Made by a program: the position numbers and the translations under genes
In this document: piece by piece, positions 40,106-49,836 of the stretch
Position numbering within the stretch: the stretch's first letter is position 1
Layout: every line of letters starts with the position of its first letter
From: Phycisphaerae bacterium
GTDB taxonomy: Bacteria > Planctomycetota > Phycisphaerae > UBA1845
Direction: 5' to 3'
DNA length: 64,000 nucleotides
Assembly: GCA_029260165.1 (NCBI GenBank)
Contig: JAJDDT010000097.1
Span: 11,099-75,098 of the forward strand
Notes under the pieces: generated by a model
Database searches by the model: none
Seen by the model: only the letters and a program-made list of their open reading frames with translations
Told to the model about the DNA's origin: nothing

Positions 40106-40843
40106 TCAGTTCATGAAGTAATACCAGAATCGCGCAATTGGATGATATGAGCGCCTTCCCGGCTTCGTTGGTCCCGGATCGTATTCGAAGCCGACATTCT
40201 CCCATCCAAAATTTCCCGTATCAAAAATAACGGTCTTTCGCCCGGATATTCCCGTGCGTAGCTCTGAGAAATAAACAAAGTAGAGCCCGACCCACCTTCG
40301 TTGGACTGACATCCCTGATAGTTGATCCTTGACCGCCTGCTCGAATGCCGTCTGGCTCAGACGAAATCTTACCGTCAATGGCCAGGGTCGAGGCAAGAAA
40401 CAGGACACCGAAATCATGAAACAAACCGGCAGAGTCAACCATCGTCGGGACCAGAATCTTGTACTCCATACCGGGTTGGCCTTGCGAAAGAATCCCGCTT
40501 TCAAACACCGATAGAATTTCGCGACCCAGATCAACCCCAAAAAGGCGCAAACCGTGCTGGAGACCAGCTCATAGCCAAGTGCCGCAAGAATGCCAAGCCC
40601 GAATGGTCCACTTCTAACAAACGCAAGGACCAATGCAGCGACAACCGCCAGCCAATTCCCTACGCGAGTCGGCTCGGACCACAGCACTCGACCCAATCCG
40701 CCCCTTGATTGCAAAAGGACCGTCGCAGGATCGTTCGGATCAAATCGCCGGCCACATTCCGGGCATCGCGGTTCGGTCAGATCGCGCAGGAGATAATGGC
40801 AATCGAGACAGCGCGGGTACTCTTTTTCAATGGGTGGTATCAC
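40106..40843 (-). CDS. Membrane protein with N-terminal zinc ribbon
   Basis: CLDCHYLLRDLTEPRCPECG followed by about three hydrophobic segments. Confidence 0.75.
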   Translation of the reverse strand: MIPPIEKEYPRCLDCHYLLRDLTEPRCPECGRRFDPNDPATVLLQSRGGLGRVLWSEPTRVGNWLAVVAALVLAFVRSGPFGLGILAALGYELVSSTVCAFLGLIWVAKFYRCLKAGFFRKANPVWSTRFWSRRWLTLPVCFMISVSCFLPRPWPLTVRFRLSQTAFEQAVKDQLSGMSVQRRWVGLYFVYFSELRTGISGRKTVIFDTGNFGWENVGFEYDPGPTKPGRRSYHPIARFWYYFMN

Positions 40844-41294
40844 GAGCTTTCACCATGGCCCCACATTCCGGACACCTGCCCGACTCGTTACCGGTCAGGT
40901 CGTATCCGCATTTCTGACATTCCCAGGGACGCCGCTTTCGAGCACGATACCAGACAACGCCGGTCGGCATCAGACACGCCGCAAACACCGCCCACGATGG
41001 CACCACGACCCCCGTTGTCGCGCCATTTCGCAGGCGGATCATATCGAACCAGTAATTCGATCGCCAATACATGATCGACTGCTCATGGTCCCACCCGGGT
41101 TTGACACCTCGATAGATTTTGCCGTTCCAAATGACGACGATCCGTCCGCTGCCACCCTGCACGATCCACTGCCTGTCAGCACTGCCCCAGCGCACGCGAT
41201 GCATCAGGCTCGCCAGCGAACCAAACGCGATCGCCAGCATCAGGATGACGCCAACCCAAAGCAGAACCCGTCGCACGCGTACCACACCATCCAT
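40827..41294 (-). CDS. Membrane protein with C-terminal zinc ribbon
   Basis: Two TM segments then CQKCGYDLTGNESGRCPECG; start uncertain. Confidence 0.75.
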   Translation of the reverse strand: MDGVVRVRRVLLWVGVILMLAIAFGSLASLMHRVRWGSADRQWIVQGGSGRIVVIWNGKIYRGVKPGWDHEQSIMYWRSNYWFDMIRLRNGATTGVVVPSWAVFAACLMPTGVVWYRARKRRPWECQKCGYDLTGNESGRCPECGAMVKARDTTH

Positions 41295-41400
41295 CGCAAC
41301 AATCAACCTCAATTTCACGCAACACGCCCGACATGTTACCATGCGGAGACGAATATCCTACGAATCGAATCACAATACAGCCTAGGGACCGGCCAGAACC

Positions 41401-42441
41401 ATGCCTCAAACGATCGACCTACGCAGCGATACGGTGACAAAACCTTCGACCGCCATGCTGGAAGCCATGACCACCGCCGAGGTCGGCGACGACGTCCTCG
41501 GCGACGACCCCACGGTCATCAAGCTCCAGGAGCGGATGGCCAGGCTGTTTGGAAAAGAAGCCGCCCTGTACGTCCCGTCCGGCTCGATGGCCAACCAGAC
41601 CGCGATCAAATCCCAGACCGAATCGGGCGACGAGATCATCACCCATCAGGACAATCACATCTACCATTACGAAGGCGGCGCACCGGCTGGACTGTCGGGC
41701 TGCTCGATGCGACTCCTTACCGGCGACAACGGGCAATTCACCGCCAAGGACGTCGAAGCCGCCATCCGTCCGACCGATTCGCACTTTCCGCAGTCCAGGC
41801 TCGTCGTGATCGAAAACACGCACAACCGCGGCGGCGGATCCGTCTGGTCGCTGGACCGGATCAGGGAAATCCACGGCGTCGCCCGCGAGCACGATCTACG
41901 CCTCCATCTCGACGGTGCCCGCATCTGGAACGCGTGCGCGGTCTCGGGATTACCACCCGCCGACTACGCCCAATATTTCGACAGCGTCTCCGCCTGTTTC
42001 TCCAAAGGCCTTGGCGCCCCCGTCGGGTCAGCCGTCATGGGCGACCACGATCTGATCCGCCGCTGCCATCGCTACCGAAAAATGTTCGGCGGTGGGATGC
42101 GCCAGACTGGCATCCTCGCCGCCGCCGCCCTTTTCGCATTAGACAACAACGTCGATCGGCTCAAAACCGATCACGCCAACGCCGGGAAACTGGCCCGGTC
42201 ACTGGGTGAAATGCCCCACCTCCGGATCGACCCCAAATCCGTCGAATCCAATATCCTGTACTTCGATTTGGACGCTAACTACATGTCGGCAAAGGAATTA
42301 TGTGACAAGATGGACTCAGCCGGGGTACGCATGCTGGCTATCGGACCCTACCGCGTCCGCGCCGTGACCCATCTGGACGTATCAAGCAACGACATCGACC
42401 ACGCCATCGAGATTATTGGCAGGATCGTCCGCGCGAGATGA
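41401..42441 (+). CDS. ltaE: Low-specificity L-threonine aldolase
   Basis: DLRSDTVT, VGDDV..DPT, SGSMANQ, ENTHN, HLDGARIWNA, SKGLGAPVGS, GGGMRQ. Confidence 0.96.
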   Translation: MPQTIDLRSDTVTKPSTAMLEAMTTAEVGDDVLGDDPTVIKLQERMARLFGKEAALYVPSGSMANQTAIKSQTESGDEIITHQDNHIYHYEGGAPAGLSGCSMRLLTGDNGQFTAKDVEAAIRPTDSHFPQSRLVVIENTHNRGGGSVWSLDRIREIHGVAREHDLRLHLDGARIWNACAVSGLPPADYAQYFDSVSACFSKGLGAPVGSAVMGDHDLIRRCHRYRKMFGGGMRQTGILAAAALFALDNNVDRLKTDHANAGKLARSLGEMPHLRIDPKSVESNILYFDLDANYMSAKELCDKMDSAGVRMLAIGPYRVRAVTHLDVSSNDIDHAIEIIGRIVRAR

Positions 42442-42554
42442 CAGACGTCCACACGATTTCAAAAAGGTGTTTAACCAACGCATCGAATCTGCTATTCTGG
42501 CTATCGAATGGAACGGAATACATGAACTGACAATTCAACGGAAGGGGTAGGAAG

Positions 42555-45086
42555 ATGTTGGCGAGCCACGTACAACACCTTAAGACACCGACTGTCCTGC
42601 GGGGGATGCTCGTCGCAATCGCGGCGATTGGCGGACTTGCGCAGCCGGTCATTGCTCAACACTCAGTTGCTCGGGAATGGAACGAGGAGCTTCTCGACGC
42701 AATTCGAAACGATCTCGCGCGACCAACGATTCATGCGCGAAATCTTTACCACGTCTCCGCTGCGATGTGGGATGGCTGGACCGCGTACGCAGGGCCCGGC
42801 CCTGTTCCGATTTTCCACAGCGAATCCGCCACTGCGGTGGACATTCAAGCCGCTCGCGACGAAACAATCAGCTACGCAGCCTACCGTCTGCTGAAATCAC
42901 GATTCGCCAACTCCGTCGGCGCTGCCACCTCGCTGCCCTCATTCGACGCAAGGATGGTTGCGCTCGGATATGACATGAACTTCACCGACACCATCATGAA
43001 CACGCCCGCGTCGCTGGGCAACCGCATCGCGGAGACGATCATCTCGTTTGGTCTGACTGACGGCGCTAACGAAGCCAATGATTACATCAACCAGTTTTAT
43101 CAACCCACCAACCCGCCGCTGCTTCCCGCGCTACCGGGCAATCCCGACATCGTCGACGTGAACCGATGGCAACCGTTGGCGTTGCAGTTTTTCGTTGACC
43201 AGGCGGGCAACGTCATCCTTGGTGGATACCCGGAGTTTCTCGGGCCTGAGTGGGGACAGGTCACGCCGTTCTCGTTGTCTTCAAACGACCTGACGATCTA
43301 CAACCGCGACAGTTTTGACTATTGGGTGTACCACGATCCCGGACCGCCACCCTTTTTTGGGGGTGTCGATGATGACTACTACCGGTGGGGATTTGAAATG
43401 GTCGCGGTGTGGTCCTCCCATCTCGATCCCTCGGATGGCGTGATGTGGGACATTTCGCCGGCGTCCATCGGCAACGCACCGCTTCCGAATGCGGGCGACT
43501 ACGAACAATTTTACGACTTCGAAAACGGTGGCGACTGGGGAACGGGCTACACGGTCAATCCAGTTACCGGACAACCGTATACGCCACAACTGGTTCCGAG
43601 GGCAGACTACGCTCGAATTCTGGCTGAGTTCTGGGCGGATGGTCCGGATTCCGAGACGCCTCCAGGCCATTGGTTCACCCTCGCAAACTACGTTTCGGAT
43701 CATCCCCTCACCAAAAAGCGGATCGGCGGTCAGGGTGTGGTCATCGATGACCTCGAGTGGGACGTCAAGCTTTATCTCGCTCTCGGCGGCGCGATGCACG
43801 ACGTCGCGATTAGCGCGTGGGGTGTCAAGGGCTGGTACGACTATATTCGCCCCGTGTCCGCGATTCGATACCTGGCTGATCAGGGACAGTGCACGGACCC
43901 GCTGCTCCCGTCGTTTGATCCGAACGGCATCCATCTGCAGCCCGGTTACATCGAGGTGATAACGTCGGCCACGACCGCTTCCGGAGGCCAACACGAACAC
44001 CTCGTCGGGCTTGAAGGCAAAATTGCCCTTAACGCATGGCGTGGTCCGGATTACATCGCCAACCCCGCCAGCGATGAAGCGGGCGTGGGATGGATACTCG
44101 CCGAAAACTGGTGGCCTTATCAACGACCGAGTTTTGTCACGCCGCCGTTCGCCGGATACGTCTCCGGACACAGCACCTACAGTCGCGCAGCCGCCATCAT
44201 CATGACCAATTTCACCGGGTCGGAGTATTTCCCCGGCGGGCTTGGCGAGTTCCAGGCACCGCAAAATCAATTCCTCGTTTTCGAGGATGGACCGAGCATG
44301 AATGTCACGCTCCAATGGGCGAAATACAACGACGCCTCCGATCAATGCAGCCTGTCGCGAATCTGGGGTGGTATTCATCCGCCGGCGGACGATCTTCCAG
44401 GACGCATCATGGGGCAACAAATGGGTGAGGATGCGTACGCGTTCGCCCAGTCGATTTTTGGATCGGTCTGCGGCAACGGCGTGCCTGAAGACGGCGAGGA
44501 ATGCGATGACGGAGTCGCCAACTCCGACACGACCCCCGACGCCTGTCGCATAGATTGCACGAACCCGATCTGCGGAGACGACGTGCAGGATTCGGGCGAA
44601 GAGTGCGACAACGGTGCGGGTAATGCGAACGCGCCGAATTTGTGTCGCACGAGTTGCCAGCTGCCGACCTGCCTGGACGGAATCGTCGACAACGGCGAAC
44701 AGTGTGACGACGGCGTCGAATCCGCTAATTGCGACGACGATTGCACACCGGCGGTCTGCGGTGACGGAGTCGCGAATCAAGCGGCGGGCGAAGCGTGCGA
44801 CGACGCCGGTGCATCAACGACGTGCGATCTGGATTGCACGGCTGCGGTGTGCGGCGATGGGACGCTCAATCTTGTCTCCGGCGAGGAGTGCGACGACGGG
44901 AACACAAACGACGACGATGGCTGTTCTGCCATCTGCACGCTCGACGGCGCCGCACCGATACCTGCCGTTTCCGGTTGGGGCATGATGCTGTTGTTGGCGG
45001 GCCTGGCGACCGGGATCATGATTCGTTTCGGAGGATTGGCTCGCGTTTCAGTTCGCGTCGAATCGGACGCGCACAACCAGCGATAG
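42555..45086 (+). CDS. Vanadium-dependent haloperoxidase/PAP2-like protein with Myxococcus-type Cys-rich repeats and IPTL-type tail
   Basis: Signal peptide; K.WYDYIRP, PPFAGYVSGHS, SRIWGGIH; five CGxG....EECDDG repeats; tail IPAVSGWGMMLLLAGL. Confidence 0.88.
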   Translation: MLASHVQHLKTPTVLRGMLVAIAAIGGLAQPVIAQHSVAREWNEELLDAIRNDLARPTIHARNLYHVSAAMWDGWTAYAGPGPVPIFHSESATAVDIQAARDETISYAAYRLLKSRFANSVGAATSLPSFDARMVALGYDMNFTDTIMNTPASLGNRIAETIISFGLTDGANEANDYINQFYQPTNPPLLPALPGNPDIVDVNRWQPLALQFFVDQAGNVILGGYPEFLGPEWGQVTPFSLSSNDLTIYNRDSFDYWVYHDPGPPPFFGGVDDDYYRWGFEMVAVWSSHLDPSDGVMWDISPASIGNAPLPNAGDYEQFYDFENGGDWGTGYTVNPVTGQPYTPQLVPRADYARILAEFWADGPDSETPPGHWFTLANYVSDHPLTKKRIGGQGVVIDDLEWDVKLYLALGGAMHDVAISAWGVKGWYDYIRPVSAIRYLADQGQCTDPLLPSFDPNGIHLQPGYIEVITSATTASGGQHEHLVGLEGKIALNAWRGPDYIANPASDEAGVGWILAENWWPYQRPSFVTPPFAGYVSGHSTYSRAAAIIMTNFTGSEYFPGGLGEFQAPQNQFLVFEDGPSMNVTLQWAKYNDASDQCSLSRIWGGIHPPADDLPGRIMGQQMGEDAYAFAQSIFGSVCGNGVPEDGEECDDGVANSDTTPDACRIDCTNPICGDDVQDSGEECDNGAGNANAPNLCRTSCQLPTCLDGIVDNGEQCDDGVESANCDDDCTPAVCGDGVANQAAGEACDDAGASTTCDLDCTAAVCGDGTLNLVSGEECDDGNTNDDDGCSAICTLDGAAPIPAVSGWGMMLLLAGLATGIMIRFGGLARVSVRVESDAHNQR

Positions 45087-45174
45087 CCAGCCGCAAAATT
45101 CAATAACCATTCGCGAGTCGCCGGGCGAATCGTTCCCCGGCGGCTCGCTGTTTTTCGACGCAATCGTACCTTCG

Positions 45175-46593
45175 TCACGCATTCACCAACTGCTGAGTCT
45201 TTGCCCCAATCAACTCGGACTTCTCTACGTCTGACTGCCCCCTCATCCGTCCGATGATTTCATCCGCCCGATGACGCCAGGTGTGGTGCTCCAGTGCATG
45301 TTGTCGCGCTGCATCGGCCTTCTCTCTTATCTCCACCGGGGCGCTCAGAAGATCGGCGACGAGACGTTTTGCCTCTGCCGGATGATCAAACACGACGACC
45401 TGGTCGCCTGGGAATAACTCATGAATCCCTTCCCTGTACGCTTGCAGCAGACACGCCCCGGACAGCGTAATCTCGTACGGTTTCAGGTTCAGCCCCACGT
45501 CGTCCTGCCATCGCATGACATTCAGTCCGAAATGTGCGCGACTGTAAGCCCTTGCCTGATCGTCGTAATCGAGCTTCCCGAGGCGCTCCCAATCTCCAGG
45601 CCAAGCCTCGAACACGTCGGACAAACCAAACGTCGCGCACCGAAAATGCCTGCTCAAACCGGCAAATGTGAACGCTCTTTCCCACTGATGAATTGTTCGT
45701 AACTTCATTGTGAACTCAACGCATCGCGTCGGGTCTTTCAGCAAGGCGAGAACGGACGGTGACAATAGCGGATTCTTTTTTGTAACGGACTGGAGCTGTT
45801 CGAGGACGGGTCGGTTTCGATTGGCAAGGTGGACGTCGATCACGGAGTCTACAAACGTCGATGCATCTGCATGCGCACAGATCGGTGACGCTATGTCGCA
45901 CAACCCCGCATGGATTTTCCCGGCTTCGTCCCTCGTGATGCGGTTCATATCAGGCTCGTCACGTTCCAGTTCGTCCAACATGACATCCGATGGCTCGGTG
46001 TTGTCAGCGCCAACACCAAAAACGATATCGAAATCCTTGCATGGATAATCGTGCGGGTGAAAACGCCCGGGATCGGCGGCGTGGCCTACATCAAGAACAT
46101 TTTGAAAGCCGAAAAGCCCCGCAATTTCCTGGCGTGTCCCAAGGTTGTTGACCCAATGGTATCGATTCGGACTATTCCAAAGCCATGAGGGTGTCGTCAT
46201 GACGGACCCAGAATGCGCCCACTGCGGTGCATCGAGCCAATACATGAGCAACGGCAGACCAAGGGTGTCAAAGAGATTTCGGTTGAGGTGCGATTCCAGA
46301 TAGGCCGGTCCGTTGCCCCACATTGAAAAACAAAAATCGATGTTGTTTGCGATGGCGAATGATTGAACGATCGCCGCATGCGTGTCGGCGATATGATATC
46401 CGGCAGTTTCGTCCGGAGCGTTGTCCCACTTCTCCTTGTACGCCGCCAACTGAAAGAGAAACGGTCGGTGACCCGCCTCGCAAAATCCGTCGATCACATC
46501 ACGGTAGATGTCGGACGTGTTGACACCGTTGTGAACCAGAAAAAGAATGTTGAGAGGGGTGTCTGCCGTTCGTTTGGTCGCGTTACAGTCCAT
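45175..46593 (-). CDS. Glycosyltransferase (CgeB-like, GT-B)
   Basis: WLDAP, HAADP..F.P, Y......LN, KPYEI...GA, HTW.HRA motifs. Confidence 0.8.
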   Translation of the reverse strand: MDCNATKRTADTPLNILFLVHNGVNTSDIYRDVIDGFCEAGHRPFLFQLAAYKEKWDNAPDETAGYHIADTHAAIVQSFAIANNIDFCFSMWGNGPAYLESHLNRNLFDTLGLPLLMYWLDAPQWAHSGSVMTTPSWLWNSPNRYHWVNNLGTRQEIAGLFGFQNVLDVGHAADPGRFHPHDYPCKDFDIVFGVGADNTEPSDVMLDELERDEPDMNRITRDEAGKIHAGLCDIASPICAHADASTFVDSVIDVHLANRNRPVLEQLQSVTKKNPLLSPSVLALLKDPTRCVEFTMKLRTIHQWERAFTFAGLSRHFRCATFGLSDVFEAWPGDWERLGKLDYDDQARAYSRAHFGLNVMRWQDDVGLNLKPYEITLSGACLLQAYREGIHELFPGDQVVVFDHPAEAKRLVADLLSAPVEIREKADAARQHALEHHTWRHRADEIIGRMRGQSDVEKSELIGAKTQQLVNA

Positions 46594-46657
46594 GCATGTA
46601 CGTCGGACAAACGTCGATCCGGAATCGAGCGAATCGCACGAAATCCCCTCCAGTGGC

Positions 46658-48424
46658 CTACGAAACCGTGGGCAGGAGGCAGACGTCCTGGACGGAATGT
46701 GTCGTCAGCCGCGCAATGGGAAGGACCGCGGACGGTGTGTCCGGGGTGGAGGTTTTCCAGACGAACAGGCGATCGCGTGCTTCGTTGGTAGCGACGATGA
46801 GATCGGCCGCGACTTCGACCCGGCGTAGCGTCTGCCCACCCGCTTCAAATCGACTGATGAACGAATCGTCAATGATGCGTGCAAAGACCGCCGACGACGT
46901 GTCGGTGTAAAACAACCGCTCGATACCATCAAAATCCACCATGAACACCGATTCGCACGAGCGTCGACGTCCCGTGTGGATCACCGTTGGATCGCCCGGG
47001 CGGTCGAGCGACCAGGCGACGACTTCCCCCTCCGCGTTCCCGGCGTAGACATTGCGATCCGTGACACAAACAGCCGTGATGATCGACCTTGATCCCACGA
47101 AAGGCTCCAGATTGGCGCCCTCATCACCGGCGAGCATGCGATAGACGACGTGATCCGCTGAAAAGTAGACACCCGTCGGATGGAACCGGGCACACCGTAC
47201 CGCCTTGGCAGGGTCTGTGACCTCCCGACAAAGACGCCTGGCTGGTTCGTCCGCACGACGGTCCCAAACCAGCAAACCAAGCTCCGAATGCGTCGCGTAG
47301 AGTTGGTCACCCGCAATGGCGACTGAATTCACACCGCCACGAACCTCGCCGACCTCATCCGCCCGATAGGATATCATCTCCCCGCCAAGGTCGGCCGCCA
47401 GCTCGTAAACCCCCACGGACGCACCGATGCACAGTCGTTGTGCACCGTTCGCATCGAGGTAGGTCTGCACGGATCGGATCGGACCTATGTCACCCGCCAC
47501 AGTGATGCGATCTTTCGGCGTATCAGACGAACCGGGTTCAAACGAGAGAAGTTCATCGCCCGAACCGACGATGATGCGATCCGTGGCAAGTGCATTATCG
47601 CATGTTGCAAACAACGCTTCATACAGATGACATCGCTCGGTCTCATCAAACTGCTGAACGAGCGTCGCAAGCGAATCTGACGGCGAAGCCTCCGCCCGCT
47701 CGCGAAGCTGTTCCAACAGGGTCGCAACCCGTTCGGAATTGCTCCGTTCCGCCTGTGCACGCGCTTGTTCGACGCGATCCTTCGCTGAGATTTGTTCACG
47801 CCTGCGCTTCAATTCAGCACGAGTTCGCAACGACTGCCGATACATCGGCGCGTCGATCTGAATGTGAATCTGAGCGTCGATGTGAACCCCCGCACCAAAC
47901 GCCGCGGGTTTGAGCGACTCAAACAGTTCCCCCCCAATCGTCTCGGCATTTTCGGCGTCTATGAGAACACCCACACCCCTCCCGTCCGCCGCACCAGCCA
48001 ACCCCAACGCGATCTGCGGACGAAAATAGTCCGCGACCGTGGAATGATTGGCTGTGTTCGCACTTCCAATTACCCGGTTCCGAAATCCCACCAACTCCGC
48101 AGCCTCCGGAATCAGGTGCACGCGAAGCTCAACGTCAGCATGACACTGATAGTGATCTATCGAATGAACGGCGACGTTGGTGTATTTGAGCGAGAACGTT
48201 CCGGTTCGCACCCAGATGACCTCGGCCACCTCGTCCGACGTAAGGTCCGACCCTGCCGAGCACAAAACGCGATCACCGGTTTTTCGAATGACCACCGCGC
48301 ATTGACCGACCGGCACACGATACGACCGATTCCAGAACCCAAACAAATCCTCCGGATCGACCAGCGCTGCGAGGGCATCCTCGTTCGTGAAAAACGCTTT
48401 GACATCGAATGAATTCGTGGACAT
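46658..48424 (-). CDS. SPFH/Band-7-like domain + coiled coil + beta-propeller protein
   Basis: N-terminal RVPVGQCAVVI...VIWVRTG...HSIDH...DVELRV pattern, charged coiled-coil, WD40-like blades (GSRSIITAVCV...VYAGNAEGEVVAW). Start 48424 avoids overlap with the ATPase. Confidence 0.65.
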   Translation of the reverse strand: MSTNSFDVKAFFTNEDALAALVDPEDLFGFWNRSYRVPVGQCAVVIRKTGDRVLCSAGSDLTSDEVAEVIWVRTGTFSLKYTNVAVHSIDHYQCHADVELRVHLIPEAAELVGFRNRVIGSANTANHSTVADYFRPQIALGLAGAADGRGVGVLIDAENAETIGGELFESLKPAAFGAGVHIDAQIHIQIDAPMYRQSLRTRAELKRRREQISAKDRVEQARAQAERSNSERVATLLEQLRERAEASPSDSLATLVQQFDETERCHLYEALFATCDNALATDRIIVGSGDELLSFEPGSSDTPKDRITVAGDIGPIRSVQTYLDANGAQRLCIGASVGVYELAADLGGEMISYRADEVGEVRGGVNSVAIAGDQLYATHSELGLLVWDRRADEPARRLCREVTDPAKAVRCARFHPTGVYFSADHVVYRMLAGDEGANLEPFVGSRSIITAVCVTDRNVYAGNAEGEVVAWSLDRPGDPTVIHTGRRRSCESVFMVDFDGIERLFYTDTSSAVFARIIDDSFISRFEAGGQTLRRVEVAADLIVATNEARDRLFVWKTSTPDTPSAVLPIARLTTHSVQDVCLLPTVS

Positions 48425-48458
48425 CACAGGCTGCTCTTCGATCGGTATCCGGCCAATT

Positions 48459-49580
48459 TCATGATCCGTCCCCACCAAACGATTCGTATTTGACAAGCGA
48501 AGATTTCTCCACCGACGGCGGAATCACCGCGATCACGCTTTCAAGGTCCTGCATGTTTATCGGACGTGGATCTCGACCGCCAATCGCGTCGGTAAACGGA
48601 ATCGCCGCTGCACGCTGAATGATGTTTCGAATATCAGCACCACTGTAACCCTCTAATTTGTCGCACAACTCACCAAAATCGAGGTCCTCGTCTGCGGGCC
48701 TGTCACCAAAATGAATCTCCAACAATCGAAATCGAGCCGTCGCATCCGGCAGGCCAACGTACACCCTCGTATCCAAACGCCCCGGACGGAGCATGGCTTC
48801 GTCGAGCATCCACGGCTTGTTGGTGGCTCCGATAAAAAGCAACGCCCGATCCGAATCCCGATCAAACCCCTCCAACTCCTGCAAAATCTGAGGCACCACG
48901 CGTTGCATGACCGTCGACGACCCACTGCGGCGCTTCGGCACCAGCGCTTCGCACTCGTCGATGAAAATCACCGACATCGGTTCCTGCCTTGCCGCGTCGA
49001 AGAGCTTGCGAATGTTCTGCTCCGCCTCGCCGACCCACTTGCTCATGATTTGTGCGGGGCTGATGACGAAATAGGTCGCGTTCAGCTCGAACGCGATCGC
49101 CCTGGCCATCATCGTTTTGCCCGTTCCCGGTGGACCATACAGCAGCACACCGCCCCCGAGACCGATCCCGTATCGTTTCGCCAATTCCGGGTGCGACAAT
49201 GGATAGATCATCTTGACGCGGATTTCGTGCTTCACGTCCTCAAGACCGGCGATGTCGTCGAAACCAATATTCGGTTTCTCGCGAACAATCCATTCGGACG
49301 CGTCGCTGCTGTTCTCATCTTCCCTTTCGGATTGAGCACGTCGTCCACCCGACCGTGGCGACACATGCAACCGCTCGCAATCTTTGGCCAACTCGATCAA
49401 TTCCGCGGCCAATTCCTCGTGCTGCCGCCTCGCCTCGTCCGACTTCGTTTCTTCCGCCAGCGAAACCAAACACTCAGCCGCATCAATCAAGTACGCCTTC
49501 GCCGTCAGGTACTCGCCCTTCTGATAGGCAGCCACCCCCCTGGACTTGAGTCGGTCAAATGTGGAAAACGAAACTGACAT
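48459..49580 (-). CDS. Vps4/CdvC-like AAA ATPase with N-terminal MIT-like three-helix domain
   Basis: EKPNIGFDDIAGL, GPPGTGKT, SKWVGEAE, IFIDE, GATNKPW.LD, RPGRLD, GYSGADI, C-terminal PSV....VKYESF; single AAA cassette, 373 aa. Confidence 0.85.
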   Translation of the reverse strand: MSVSFSTFDRLKSRGVAAYQKGEYLTAKAYLIDAAECLVSLAEETKSDEARRQHEELAAELIELAKDCERLHVSPRSGGRRAQSEREDENSSDASEWIVREKPNIGFDDIAGLEDVKHEIRVKMIYPLSHPELAKRYGIGLGGGVLLYGPPGTGKTMMARAIAFELNATYFVISPAQIMSKWVGEAEQNIRKLFDAARQEPMSVIFIDECEALVPKRRSGSSTVMQRVVPQILQELEGFDRDSDRALLFIGATNKPWMLDEAMLRPGRLDTRVYVGLPDATARFRLLEIHFGDRPADEDLDFGELCDKLEGYSGADIRNIIQRAAAIPFTDAIGGRDPRPINMQDLESVIAVIPPSVEKSSLVKYESFGGDGS

Positions 49581-49663
49581 CAGAACTATGGGGACAATCC
49601 CTATTAATATGCTAAATCAACAGCAACGCAAAATAGTGCTTTGCTACTCGTCATTCGATGATT

Positions 49664-49745
49664 GGGTGGCCCATGGCTTCAGCCGTGGGGGAGTCGAATT
49701 CGGAATTTCCTTCGAGTCCCCCACCTCTAAAGAGGTGGGCCACCC
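49664..49745 (+). repeat. 82-bp REPIN/MITE-like element, family B
   Basis: GGGTGGCCCATGGCTTCAGCCGTGGG...CCCACCTCTAAAGAGGTGGGCCACCC. Confidence 0.92.
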
Positions 49746-49836
49746 ATATGCCATCGATGCATCAAACCATCTTCCATGACACACTGGAACGACGCCCCAA
49801 AAGGACAACCAAATCGATCCTACGGGTGGTCAATCA

